Assembly (NCBI RefSeq): GCF_018977255.1
Contig: NW_024704754.1
Location: 16,244,001 to 16,308,000 of the forward strand
DNA length: 64,000 bases
Reading direction: 5' to 3'
Origin: Callorhinchus milii
Taxonomy: Eukaryota
Part shown: one piece after another, positions 11,629-23,870 of the stretch
Layout: each line of letters opens with the position of its first letter
Position numbering within the stretch: the first letter of the stretch is position 1
Translations under genes and position numbers: made by a program
The notes under the pieces: model-generated
Told to the model about the DNA's origin: nothing
What the model saw: the letters and a program-made list of their open reading frames with translations, nothing else
Databases searched by the model: none

Positions 11629-11832
11629 GTGTGTGTGTGTGTGTGTGTGTCTGTGTGGAAGGGGAGGTTTCTCTTCCCTTTCTCCATGTTAACTATTTCT
11701 TCGATTCCTCGCACAGGATTCTCGCTCTCACGAGGAGAGCAATTTCCAGATTGAAAGGTCGAGCAGAACAGGCGAGAGTGTGTGTGTGTGCATGCGTGTG
11801 TGGGTGTGTGTGTGGGGGTGTGTCTGTGTGTG
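11629..11832. repeat. Two (GT)n-rich microsatellite tracts
   Basis: GT runs at ~11629-11650 and ~11777-11832. Confidence 0.9.
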
Positions 11833-12901
11833 AGAGGGGGTGGGGAGTTAAGGGGATGCGATGGAATGATATTTCAAGCTATAAATTTACGTGAAATTGG
11901 CTGCCGCAAATGCACACTCCACTTCGCAGCGAAGCCCTGCGAAGCGCTTCGGGATGTCGTTCTGACGTAAAAGCCGCTGTTCCGACCGCGAGGATAATTC
12001 TTGTTGAGGCAACATGCTATCCTCGCATTTTGCTCTGACCGAGGGATAATTTCACACGTCGCAAGATGACGTTACTGTTAGATGTTCGAGGAGAACCAAA
12101 TTAAGACCGGGCGGGGTGTGGGTGAGAATCACGCAGGGCAAGTGGCGAATAACCGAGCTGACGTGGGGGCAAACGACTGAGCCTTGCCTTGCCTTATCGT
12201 GACCGTTATCGGGATGCTTGGTGAGCTAACGCAGGCGGCTAAAAATAAAGGATTCAGTCTGTGTATGTTCCAGGACCCTCAGGCAGCTCTGAGATGTAGC
12301 TCTTTTGTCTTTGATGACAATCCTCTTTGAGGCTGTGGCTTGTTTTAAGGCTGCAAATGCTGATCTTCTGTCAGACGTTCAAAGGACCCCGACTCTTGGT
12401 GTCAAACCAAATGCCCTTATGAATATGTAGAAGAATCTGGAAAGGGCTCGTTTTATCTGTGTCTCTTCCTCCCTCCCCTCCCCTTCCCTCCCTCCCCTCT
12501 CTCTCTCGCGCTCTCTCTCTCTCTCTCGGAGATCCTGAGATGTGCAATTTCGCTTGCATTTCTTTCAAAAGCCTCCGAGTGTGATGATTAACCTCGGCAC
12601 CGCATAAGACATAAATGTGACATGAAACGACCAGCCTGACTGTTGCCTCGCTGTTCTCCAGATCATGACGACGCTTTTCCTGTACGTTGCCTTGGAAAGT
12701 TTATAATTCTGAAATGGTCCAAAAATAATCCTTGCATTGGTGTCACACCTTTCATGGCCAGGGAGGACTTCCCGAAGATTCACAAGATTTACCATAAACC
12801 AGCCAAAGCCATTGAACGCACAAGGATGGAGGCAGGCCATTTGCCAACTGCCCACACGCCACATAGCATCCATGCTCCCTAATCCAAAACCAATTATTAT
12901 A

Positions 12902-13068
12902 CAGCAAACTCCTGATAACAAGTCACTCCAAGGGAAAAAGGGCTCTGTGACGAGTGTGTTTGGCATGTGCATAAGTGCATAAACGAATGTGGCCGGGATA
13001 CTGAGAGGGTGATGGCTTAAGTGGCAGTGATAAGTTAAGCCAGGGTCAAGTTATCAGGAGGTTATTTG
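12902..13068. mobile_element. MITE (Tc1/mariner-pogo/Tigger-like), copy 2
   Basis: TA|CAGCAAACTCCTGATAAC ... GTTATCAGGAGGTTATTTG|TA: imperfect terminal inverted repeats flanked by TA on both sides. Confidence 0.75.
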
Positions 13069-13670
13069 TAACTCAGAAAGCAAACAGTCACAATTGCGAA
13101 TCGTGTCAAAAGTGCCAGTGTTTTAAACGCCACCTCAACGTCTCACAATCCGTCCAATTTTCAAAAGGGTTACGAGCTGATTTAAACGCCTGTGAACGCA
13201 GAGAGGGAGAGAAAAAAAACCATCAATATTTCTCCCCTCGCCTCGCGGTGAGCTCTTTGTTCGGGTCACCTGAACCAGAGACCGTGCGTGCGTGCGTGCG
13301 TGCGTGTGTGGAGTCTGCGATCGTTTAATTGAGAGACTCCTTCCCGCGTGATGAGGGTGACCGGGAGGCGACAAGCACAACACCTGTCATTCTGCACGAA
13401 GTGCGAGGAGGGGAATAACTCACGAGAGATTTTTAGAAATCCCACTGCGAGCTGCGCGCAGTTGCTACATAAGGCATTGTTTCTGTTTTGCGACAAAGGT
13501 GATCGTTTTACAAGGTGTCGTTTGCGTTCATAACAATCCGCCCGTAATGTAGCTGATTACTCTCAAGGATTGCAAAAAGAGTTTTCTTGCACTCGTGTGT
13601 GTGTGTGTGTGCCTCGTCGTAATCGAGCATTGACATCTTACGACTGCCTTGAGTTGATCGCAAGGCCATT

Positions 13671-13706
<36 letters not shown>
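13671..13706. repeat. (CT)n microsatellite
   Basis: Seen directly. Confidence 0.93.
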
Positions 13707-13712
<6 letters not shown>

Positions 13713-14613
13713 TGCGCGTGAAGCAGGATGTCTGAGCGAAGGGAGTCCCATTGATGCTCGCCACGCGAGGGGCCACATTGCCACGGTTGCCAGCAGAACG
13801 TCATGGTTGCCTCCATCATACCCCGCTTAGCGATAAGCAACGTAGAGCAACGAGGGGACATTACTGAAGAAGGCGACGCTTTGAGGAGCTGCCATTCAGC
13901 TCACAAGGAAGCTATGCTTTGCCTGCTTCGCCATCTGCGCCCTCGGGAGGAGGTGGCTTTCGCTGAGCAGTCAACATTCTTGCGAAGATGGGCACACGAG
14001 GGAATACTGTGTGAGGTTTGGACAGACCAGCCTACAGTTTGGAACAGTCTGCGGGGTGTGAGCAGGAATTGACTGAGTGCATTAGTTACAGGAGGTCCAT
14101 TTCACGCAAATCTACACATGGAAATCAGGAAGACACCCAACAGAGAGATTGAAACACAAAAAAAAAACACACCGCCTGCTATTATGGCGGGCAGTCATTT
14201 TAATTTTTAATTTTCCTTTAACGCTGCGCGGTTTAGAGATTTAAAAATAGACCCAACTTTTTTTCTAAAAAGGGCTGCAGAGAATTTTTTTTAAGAATAA
14301 ACTGAAAAGAAAATGACCATGTGCAGGATCTTAGCTTTGAAGACTTGGAGGAGAGGGGAAACGGCATCGGATTTGCAGCGATTTAAGAACAATCCTCGAG
14401 CAAGTGTTCCTCAAACACGAGTCTGAAAGACTCAAAGGGTGGTCGATTGCTCTTGCAGATTGATCAATCGTTGCACATCAAACGTTTCTTCCCGCTCGCG
14501 CTCAGCTGATTTGAAGCGCTCAGTGGTCGACGGCCGAATCTGGGATTTCTAGATAAGGAAATATCCAGGTTCGCAGCCCAGTTGCGCTATACCTGAACCT
14601 GTGTCACGACTGC

Positions 14614-14925
14614 GAGTCCTGTCGAACATTGGTTAGAGCACTCGCCTCACAAGCGAGAGGACCCAGGTTCGATTCCCGAGCTTCCTTGCTCCACATGCCT
14701 CCCGATTGTCAGTCAATTGGCGGATGGCTTTCCGGGTGGTAATAATCCTTTCCAGAAAAAAATAGTTTATTTGGGTCAACTCAATCCACGCCTGTGTGTG
14801 GGACACTGCCAACTGCCTACAAAATATACAGTCAATTCACTTTGCAGTGTATTCTGCGAAGCGCTTTGAGACATCTCAGCAACGCGATGAGGCGCTACAT
14901 CAAATGGAAGGGTTATTATTATTAT
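14614..14925 (+). mobile_element. Main-family SINE, near full length
   Basis: Head with B box GGTTCGATTCCC, body and (TTA)n tail. Confidence 0.9.
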
Positions 14926-16369
14926 ACTATTATATGACGAGGTGCGTTATAACGGGGCTCTCCTGTACCTTTGCCCCAGCAATAAGGTTTTAATCCAGAT
15001 TTCCTTCAACCAACCCGTTGCACGCCTCTATTTGTAACCGGCGCACGGAATCACAGAGCTGCAGCCTTTAGCTGTAGAAAGCCGGCTTTGATTTGACTTT
15101 GATTTTGTGTCAATCACTGCAGAAATACCTGTGGAGAACTGATCTGTGAAGCTACACATTGCTTGAAGCCAAACTTAAAACCCTAAGATGACTGCTGGCT
15201 TCTCAACAAAGAGAAGACAAACCCTTTAGTCACAAAGAGTTTGGGTCCCAATGAACTTTCAAACGTCTGTGCTGTGCGTGGAGATGAGGGAGGACAGGAA
15301 TCGAATGCCTTTGACTTTGACAAGGCGCAAGATGGATTTTTTTTCGCCAAACAAAGTTGCAAGGTGAGGTCAAGGCCAGCCAGCTCCCAGCTCCCAGCTC
15401 CAACGATCATAACAAGGAGGTTGGGATGTGTGTGAGAACACCATTGGGGGGAGAAATCAGCCAAACTGTGAAAGAGTAAGTGGAACCGCGTGGCTTTTTG
15501 TTTTGTGTTAGTTTAATCCTGTACAACACGACAAAATTCCACGGACAGTATTAAGCGGGAAGGATATACTGTAAAGTGTCTTGACTGCGTATTTTATGGG
15601 CTTCATGGACAATGTGCATGTAGAGGTGGCCTGTAGCTCACAGGCTTCCTTGGTCTGTGTCCAGTGTTTTCAGACTCTTCGTACCCATATCAATCGCTGC
15701 CCAAAAGGGACAGTTTATAAACAAACAACTTTACGGACCTTTCGCCCGGGCTAATTACAGGGTTTATTGCACGGAAGAAAAGAGCTTTAAGACATTCTCC
15801 GAATGTGAAAGGCGCGACATAAAATGCCTTTTCTGGTGATTTGCCGATGCATGTTTCACTATATTCATAAGGTCTAACATTGTCAATGTTGATCACTAAT
15901 TAGGATCTTTATAGCCTTATATATTTACAGGTTATCAAATGGATGGCTAACGTTCCTCATTTCTTAGAGGGTATGGAGGTGTCCAAGGATAGATTGTTTG
16001 TGGGCTGCACAATTAGAGCATGTCTACCACTGTCTGAAAACAGCACAGATTAAACGGTATCGGTTGTGTACTTGCAGGTTTGGCCTCAGCAAATCGTAAA
16101 TTCGAGGAAGAAATTGTTGCCCACTTAAAAGGAACATACTCTTCGTTCTAATAGATTTCAAAACTGACATGTTTAGTTCATTAAGAAGAACCTCCATGAT
16201 GTGAGCTCCATGTGTGACAGGTAATTTAGCGCAGGCAAAAGTGAGAGATTTTTCAGAGTAAAGTTACGCTGGAACAGAGCAGTTCAATTGGATTAATCAA
16301 CGTTTTGAGGCATTCCCGCAGATTTTTCAACACTAGAAATTTCTCACAATAATAATAGCAAATAATAAT

Positions 16370-16780
16370 ATCGATGAATAATAATAATGATACTTACATT
16401 TGCTATGGCACCTTTTCCTTTGGGAGGATGTCCGAAAACCGTTTCACACGATATAGTGTCAAGTCTAATAGCAACGTCCCATAATGTCTCATAAACAGCC
16501 ACAAAGTTAATGACCAATTAGAAAGAAGAAACTCGCTTCTCTTCTCTAATAGCGCCACGGGATCTTTAAGGTCCACCTAAACAGGAGACGGTTCTGAGGC
16601 GCTACTCTGTGTTGGAGGTGCTATGTAAATGCAAGTTGGTGCTGTTGTTTTATCCGAAGGACAGCATTGGAGTGTCATGGTCGGCTATTTGAATCCAAGT
16701 CCCGATGTGGGGCTTGAACCCACAAACTTCAGACTCAGAGGCGAGAGCCCTACCACTGTGCCAGGTGGACCCACAACCTT
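16370..16780 (-). mobile_element. Decayed Deu-domain SINE
   Basis: ATAGCGCCACGGGATCTTTAAGGTCCACCTAAACAGG and reverse tRNA head GGGGCTTGAACCCACAAACTTCAGACTCAGAGGCGAGAG. Confidence 0.7.
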
Positions 16781-17656
16781 GTCAAAAGAGTACACACAGA
16801 CCGAGTCTTAAGGGTCCGCCGTTAACTCCCCGAAAGACCTGATGGAACTCCTTGAACTCATTTAGGGGGAGAGAAAAAGAATGGATCAAGACCTCCAGCC
16901 AGCCCACCATTTCATGAAATTGACCACGGAAAGCACGGGTATAACATAAAACTGTGCAGTTTAACATGACACGTTCCCAGAGAAGCATTGGCAGTGGAAA
17001 TATTGAACCTGAAGCTATGGATCAGATCTTTAATATATTAATTTGTGGGTGGTTTAAATAATCTTCCCCTCGTCCTCCTCCTCCCCCATTATTGTTTAAA
17101 TAATGAAGCCTGTCACAGACATATTATTGATATTTGATTTCACAACACTTAAGTATATTGATTTAAACAACTCAAAAAAATCTTTCATACTTAGAGCTAC
17201 TGTACACGGTGTTACACTGGTTTCCTTATTTAGTATCGATAATAGTGGGACAAAATTAAATGTGCATTTTCCCGCATTGCCTTTTGAGATGCCGTCCGAC
17301 GTGGAGGGCGCTATATAAATCCAAGTTGGTGTCGTTGTTTTAATCGCAAAGCTGTTCGGCATCTCTAAAGCGTTTGGAGTAATTTCCGCTTCAGGTTGTT
17401 GAGCAACACTGACATTTTACTGCGATGTACACACAGACAAATCACACCCATTTGGCTGTCATGCCATCCTCAGTGAAATGTGCAGAGCCCAGCTCACTTT
17501 CCTGACCGCAGCTCAAAGCATTAGTGTGCAATGATGATGATTGTGTTGTTTTTTTTTATCCATACCATTATCTGTTATGTCATTTCAGCTTTGATTTAAC
17601 CCAGCTATCCAAAGCCTTTCACTTGGAAGCTGTAGGTCCCCTACACTTTTGCGGTG

Positions 17657-18085
17657 AATAATAATAATCCTTGCATTTGATGTGGTGCCTCATCACCCCT
17701 TTGAGACGTCTTGAAGTGCTTCGCTGGATATGCTATACAGTGTAGTGACTATGTATATTGTGGGAAAATACGGCAGTCGGTTTGGCGCACAGCAATGTCG
17801 CACAGACAGCTATGGAGTGAATGACCAATTTTAGTTGGGACGCCGTGGGCCAGGACACCAGGCGAAACTTATTTTTCTTACTGAATAGTGCCATGGGATC
17901 TTTAACATCCACCTGAACAGGCAAGTGGGACCTCATATCAACGTCTCATCCAAAGGACGGCACCTCTGACAAAGCGTTTACCCCCCCCAGCACTGCATTA
18001 GTGTCAGCTACGTGGTTCCAAGTTCCGACATGGGGCTTGAACCCACAACCTTCTGACTCAGAGGCAAGATTGCCCTACCATCGCC
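17657..18085 (-). mobile_element. Deu-domain SINE (SacSINE1/AmnSINE1-like), most complete copy
   Basis: Reverse tRNA head (GGGGCTTGAACCCACAACCTTCTGACTCAGAGGC), Deu core (GCCATGGGATCTTTAACATCCACCTGAACAGG...ACGTCTCATCCAAAGGACGGCACCTCTGAC) and L2-type tail. The family name is from recollection. Confidence 0.8.
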
Positions 18086-18734
18086 CTAGGCTAAGACTAC
18101 CACAATGTACCAACTGAGGGACGAGACACATGAAAGATGGGCGTCGGTGGGACGGATGGGCTTTTTCTGTTTGCCGTTGATATATGCAAATCCACCTTTT
18201 GAGGAGACTTCAGAGGGACAAATGAACAAAGCTTGCTTTTCAGAGGCAGCTTATGCCTGTGTGAATTTTCTGTTGAAAGCTCTCCCCTTTGACATTAATC
18301 TTGTCCTTCAAGTCTTGGCCTCTTCTAAATGCATAAGACAAGTTAATAACTGCCGTGATTTTAAGCAAAGGGCTCACACCTCTCTTCAGAAGTGTCGGTG
18401 AGCTCTATCGGATCAAATGCCTAGTTTATCAGCAGATGAAATGCCAACAAGGGAATGACTTAATAAATTGCTGTCCTAAATACTAACAAGGAAATAAACA
18501 ACACTGCTGGCAAATACTCTGTATGTCAGTTCCTTCCCACGATACCAATTAGGAAATACTTGTAGTTGGGTAGACATAGACAAAATCAAACTGGATCTAT
18601 GACAAATGATTGAAATATATTGCTTTGAGCATCGATCGCAGATGCTTGTGGTAACTGAATGCTGTATTGGATACTCCTCCAGTCCATACCTAAATCATTA
18701 CACCAGCCAGAGACAATTGGGTAACAGTATTCAA

Positions 18735-18848
18735 CTGTGTTCGCCCACAAAATGCACAAAATACACACCGTATATTCTGTGAAGTGCTTTGAGACGTCGC
18801 GAAGCTACGATAAAGCACTATATCAAATGCAAGGATAATTATTATTAA
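18735..18848 (+). mobile_element. Main-family SINE 3' fragment
   Basis: TTCGCCCACAAAA...TATATCAAATGCAAGGATAATTATT. Confidence 0.85.
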
Positions 18849-19444
18849 GTCTCTCTGAGTGGTGATCAAAAGCACATTCTCTACTCGATTGTCAGTTCCA
18901 CGAACAGCAAGAGAGAGAAGAGAGAGAGAGGCGGAAAAAAATGCTTAAAAGGAAACTTCCATTAAGCCCTCCAACTCCAGATTGTACAGTTTTTTTTTTT
19001 CTCCTGAAGACAGCTATATGGTCAGTTCTTTCACTGGGAAACGACTGGCTTTTTGCCAGCACGAAGCCAGCTACCTGCCAGATATGAAGCAGGGCTGCGC
19101 GATAGGATGTGGATAGCAGTGACAGACCGGCTAAATGAGAAACTGGCTCGAAACAGAAGTCGTCTTATGTAATACGCAACCTTGGAGAAAAGGTGATATT
19201 TTCTCCAATCTCATCAACACCTTCTCTTCCTTTTAACATTTACTGCTGGCAGTTGTGCCTCAGACCTCGTTGCATGAGCTCAAAGGTTTACCACGAGTCT
19301 TGTACATCTTTCTAAGGCTGACAGGCCCTCTGCATTTCCTTGTGCCACAGCACCATCGGAAAGGAGGGAGCAATAAGCTGGCTACGTGCAGTCGAGAACC
19401 ACAGTGAACCTTACTGTGGAGAAGAAAGAGGTTTAGGATGGGGA

Positions 19445-19490
19445 GTGTGTGTGTGTGTGTGTGTCTTGTGTGTGTGTGTGCGTGTGTGGG
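19445..19490. repeat. (GT)n microsatellite
   Basis: Seen directly. Confidence 0.92.
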
Positions 19491-20979
19491 TGTGGGTGGG
19501 TGGTCGGGGGGAGGGGGAGTAAACACATACTGGTTGACAATGACACTGACATACATTGTTCAGATCACTTGGACGCAGACCGTTCTGATCACACAGAGCG
19601 AGGCGGGTCATGTTTAGAATTCAACACTCACTGTGCTCTGTGCACCAGCTGAGAGACATTAATTATTCACCGTTTTGTTTGAAAACGCTGAATAGTACCA
19701 CTGGACACAACAACGTGGGGAGAAATTCCACTTGAGTGCCGGTTCTCTCTGTTTCTTGCAGCATTTTAGCATGTCCGGAATTTGGCAAATTGTCAAATTC
19801 ATTTTTATCTTCGCAGTAGGGTTTTCTGTAGCTCTTGAACAGAAAACTGGCTTTACAAATTGAGGCTGCGTTTAGGAATCTGCCGCCTTCTGGATATTCT
19901 AAAATGAGTAGAATTTGACCCAGGCTGAGTTTCTCCTGGGTCCTGGCCAAAAGTCCCTCAGGTAAAATTGTGCATTTGCTCCCTGGCTGTGAGATGATGC
20001 TATGTGCAAATTGCTCCTTTTCCATAAACACGCAGTCACTACACTTTGCAGTAGAATACCCGCAAAGATTTTTTTTATGTTATTCAAGTGTTAGACAAAA
20101 ATGAAGAAATGTTGTCCAGGTTGGAATTTTTTTAAAACTGTATAAGGTTCTTGAGGCCGTCTTAGAAATATCGGAAGATCTGTGGATTCCATTTGAAGTC
20201 AACCGACACAACGAGACAGACAGCATTAACGGGCACAGACTCAGCAACGAAGCCCTGAATGGTAACAAGGGCAAACACGCACAAGTGACCAGAGTCAACG
20301 TGATGTCAACGTGGGGCGGGCAAGTTTTTTGAGTGATTGGAAACCAACGAAAAGGAAGGTTCGCTAAACATTTGGCCCAAGTAAAAAGACAATATTGCTT
20401 TTAAGTTGTCACACGCCTGCAAAATCAATTCGCTGACAGGTGAAGAAAAAAATAAGAGAGTCACATGCAGCGGGAAGCCATGTGGAAATCCACTGTTTAC
20501 CTATTGGACAAGCAATGAGGATCCTCAAATCAACGTACCTGGTGTGATATCACTCTCCAAGCGAGCGTGGTGTGAAGGGTACGCAAAGACAGCGATTTCT
20601 GATGAGCACTGCACCAGCTGAGAGGAACATGGTCGGTCTTATCGGGAAAGCTGTTTGGCAAACCTTCCGCCTACGTTTGCCAACAGGACTGCGTGGAGAT
20701 CGTGCAAAGAGGATCCGAATAAAGCATTGGCATTTGATTCAGCAATTTATCTGCTCAAGAAAAAAAACCTCTCTAAGTGCTTCACTCAACAGATTTACTT
20801 TGAAGTTCAGTGAGTGCAATTAAACAGGCAAGGGCTAAACTCATGGTCAGGGACAAGGTGGAAATGTACTATTTCCAGCACTGCATTACTGAAATGTCAT
20901 CCTTTTTACTTGGAGATGATGAGTGTTCTGTTCTCCTTCTCCGAATGCAATTGCTATGGATTAGTCTGAAAGCCTCGGG

Positions 20980-21135
20980 AGTTGTTAGCTTGGCTCATTT
21001 GGTAGCACTCCTGCTCTGGGTCAGAGAGTGTGGATTCAAGCCTCATCTCAGAACTTTAAGATCCATCTCCACTCTAATTCAGTACTATATAATCAGAGGT
21101 GCTGTTGTCTGAATGAAACTTTAACGAAGTCGCTC
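20980..21135 (+). mobile_element. Deu-SINE 5' (tRNA head) remnant
   Basis: TGGCTCATTTGGTAGCACTCCTGCTCTGGGTCAGAGAGTGTGGATTCAAGCC. Confidence 0.6.
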
Positions 21136-21175
21136 TGTGTCTTTTTCTGTGCGTGTCTGTGTGTCCCGGCATCTA

Positions 21176-21483
21176 GAGTCCTGTAGCTCAGTTGTTATAG
21201 CACTCGCCTCACAAGCAAGTGGACCTGGGCTTGATTCCCGGTCAGGGTGTGAAACTTTGCACAAGTTTCCTTACTCCACACGCCTCTGTTTACCTAGCAG
21301 TAAGCAGGAACCCGGTTGTTCGTCGATTGGCAGATTGCTTTTCCGGGGTTAATCATTTTTAAAAATATTAATAATTCGGTCACTCAATCCACGACTGTTT
21401 GTGGGGACGCTGCTGTGCACAACTGGCTGCCGCGTTTCGCCCACAAAATATACAGTCAATTCACTTTACAGTGTATCCTGTGA
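21176..21483 (+). mobile_element. Main-family SINE, tail truncated
   Basis: GAGTCCTGTAGCTCAGTTGTTATAGCACTCGCC head and full body. Confidence 0.92.
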
Positions 21484-21627
21484 GGGTGGAAGAGGAACAG
21501 GGGAGATTGACAAAAAAAATTGAAAAGAAAATGAAGAAGATGGCAAAATGGATTAGTTTGGAACAATTAATTCAATTAATTCACGTCTTGTGACTGCTCA
21601 GCAGAGAGAGAGGGAAAGAGGCAGAGC

Positions 21628-21658
<31 letters not shown>

Positions 21659-22551
21659 TGAACTGCAGAGAGCAGATTCTATTATGGTTCCAATAATTAA
21701 CAGGAAAGTAATGATCGTAATTACAATCATCTTTCCATACAGAAGCAATTATCGTTTCCAATCACAAGAGCGCTGAGTATGTAAAGAGAGAAACAACAGG
21801 CGTCTTTTCCCAGAGCAGTGAGGAGAGTGGTAGTCTGTGAGATATCGTTGGACTTAGATCTCAGCTTCACACATAGTTTGCCAATTAGATCGAAGAAAGC
21901 GGCCTTTTACTTTCACCTCTTGTGTTTTCAACGGCTATTCTCCTTGGATAAATGATAATTTTACGGGGGTTATTTGGACAGTTTAGCAAGGGCCACAGTT
22001 TCCTTTCATCACATTGACAGCCAGATCCAGTCCACACATGCAATGCATTCCCAAAGCGGGGTTTTGATTATCACACGATCTACGGCACGAACAGAACAGG
22101 TGCAAATCTGTCATTTGAAATGCATTTTTTTGAAAAATTCTCACCAGTCCATGTTTATTGATTTTCTTTTGTCGTTGATGCAGTTGTTGAAGACGTTAGC
22201 TGGGATGACAAGTGTGCATGACATCGGACTTGAAAGGCTTGCAAAAGCCAGACAGACACTGTGAGGGAGCTGAACAAGTAGACACAGTGGAAACAGTCTC
22301 TTCATTCATGCGTTTTGGGTTAATGGCTGTGTCTGTATTGATAAGTCAGCTATCCTGTGCTACCAGGCTCAACAACTCTTCCCAGACAATTCCTCTGTGA
22401 TGTTGGTAACCACAACAACTTGCATTCGTATAGCGATCTTCACGTAAGGCAGCATCTCCGAGCTTCGAAGCTTTTCTGCTATTCATACTCAATGTTTATA
22501 TCATACACACACTTTACAAAAAACTCTAACAGAATAGAATGATATTAAGAA

Positions 22552-22690
22552 CAATAATCCTTGTATTTGGTATAGTCCCTTAACACGTCGTTGAGACATC
22601 TCAAAGTGCTTCACTGAATATACTGTGAAGTGGATTGACTGTGTATCTCATTGCACGCACAAACAGCCGTGGATTGAGTGACCAATTTTT
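22552..22690 (-). mobile_element. Main-family SINE 3' fragment
   Basis: Tail and body match. Confidence 0.8.
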
Positions 22691-22984
22691 TTTTATTGAT
22701 CATAATCCTTTATATACGCGTCTTTTTTTTTAGTAAGGAGCAGTTGGAATAACGGCCTCCTTAAACTTACTTCGAAGGCTGCTCATTAAGACTATTTGGA
22801 AAGTATACAGTGTGCAGTCAAACTGGGGACCATGGAATGTGCAGGTCTGGGAGAATTTACACTCCATCTCGCTGGTCTCATTTTCTTTAAATGTCATCTC
22901 TCTCTATCTCTGTCACCTCTTGAAACTGTCCACACGTTCTGCTTCCCATTCACCACTTTCTGCACAAAGTAGTTAGACCTTTAC

Positions 22985-23870
22985 ACTCTGTTCACCTTTT
23001 TCCTTCTGATCTTCAGACCGTTCCCCTTGTTGTGAACTACCTGCCTCTAAACTGAATATGTCATTGAAAACTGTCTTATCCGCGTTCTTTAAAGTCGGAA
23101 AGACTTCAGTAAGATCATCCCTTAATCTTCTCTCCTTCAATACAAACATTCCCAGTTTTCATAATCTCTCTTTATAACATATAAGTGCCTAATCCCATCT
23201 GGCAATTTATTTCCCATCCTTGAAGATACCAGAATGTCTCCAGTCCGTATCTCCAATACCAGAATGTCCCAGTTGCAGAGGGCCTCAGCATGTTATACAA
23301 ACTCCTCACGCCTCACACCTGCCCAACTTTTGGTCCTAAAGTTTCTTTTCTATCTTTTTAGCTCAAGTCATTAGACCTGGTTTACCTATTCACATCACTA
23401 CCGCAGATCGAAGAATCCAGGACCTCACTTCCTCCGTGTTGAATATGTGCTACTCAATTTCCATTGCTTTATCCCTGGCCCAGTCTCGTCACTTTACATC
23501 TATCCATGTTAAACAACTTCCATATTCCAGCCTAATTACCTGTTTAGGTCACTCTACATTCTCTCCACTTGTTCTGTTATTAACAACCCCCCCACCTACT
23601 CCCAAATTATCCAACTTTGGTTTTGTGCCCATGTCAAAGATGTCCGTGTACAATGTAAACAATCAACACTCAAGCATTAAGCCCCAGGGCATCCCGTTAG
23701 TCACCTCTTTCCAATCCAACTGTGTTCCAGGAAGCGACATCCTTGTTACTTTGACTCAGCCAAGGCATTTTAAAAGTTTCCTGTGTCTTTCAATGCTGTG
23801 GAGCAATCTTATACAGCACTTTGTCAAAACCTTTGCTGAAGTGGAAATTGCACCATCCATTGAAGAATAT
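22985..23870 (-). mobile_element. Old CR1 LINE ORF2 remnant
   Basis: Degenerate CR1-like sequence (AGATCATCCCTTAATCTTCTCTCCTTCAA; AGCCCCAGGGCATCCCGTTAGTCAC; TTTGTCAAAACCTTTGCTGAAGT) with frameshifts and stops. Confidence 0.6.

Noticed and set aside
12581-12640. C/D box snoRNA (GTGATGA...CTGA)
   Set aside because: Short, with no terminal stem, no clear C'/D' boxes and no recognisable rRNA guide.
19345-19368. REST/NRSE-like site (CAGCACCATCGGAAAG)
   Set aside because: Wrong spacer and a mismatched right half-site.
19771-19863. Signal-peptide-like ORF MSGIWQIVKFIFIFAVGFSVALEQKTGFTN
   Set aside because: It stops after 30 codons with no usable donor before the stop. T-rich composition explains the hydrophobicity.
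20589-20655. Hammerhead ribozyme (CTGATGA...GAAA)
   Set aside because: No stem I, no NUH cleavage site and no convincing stem II.
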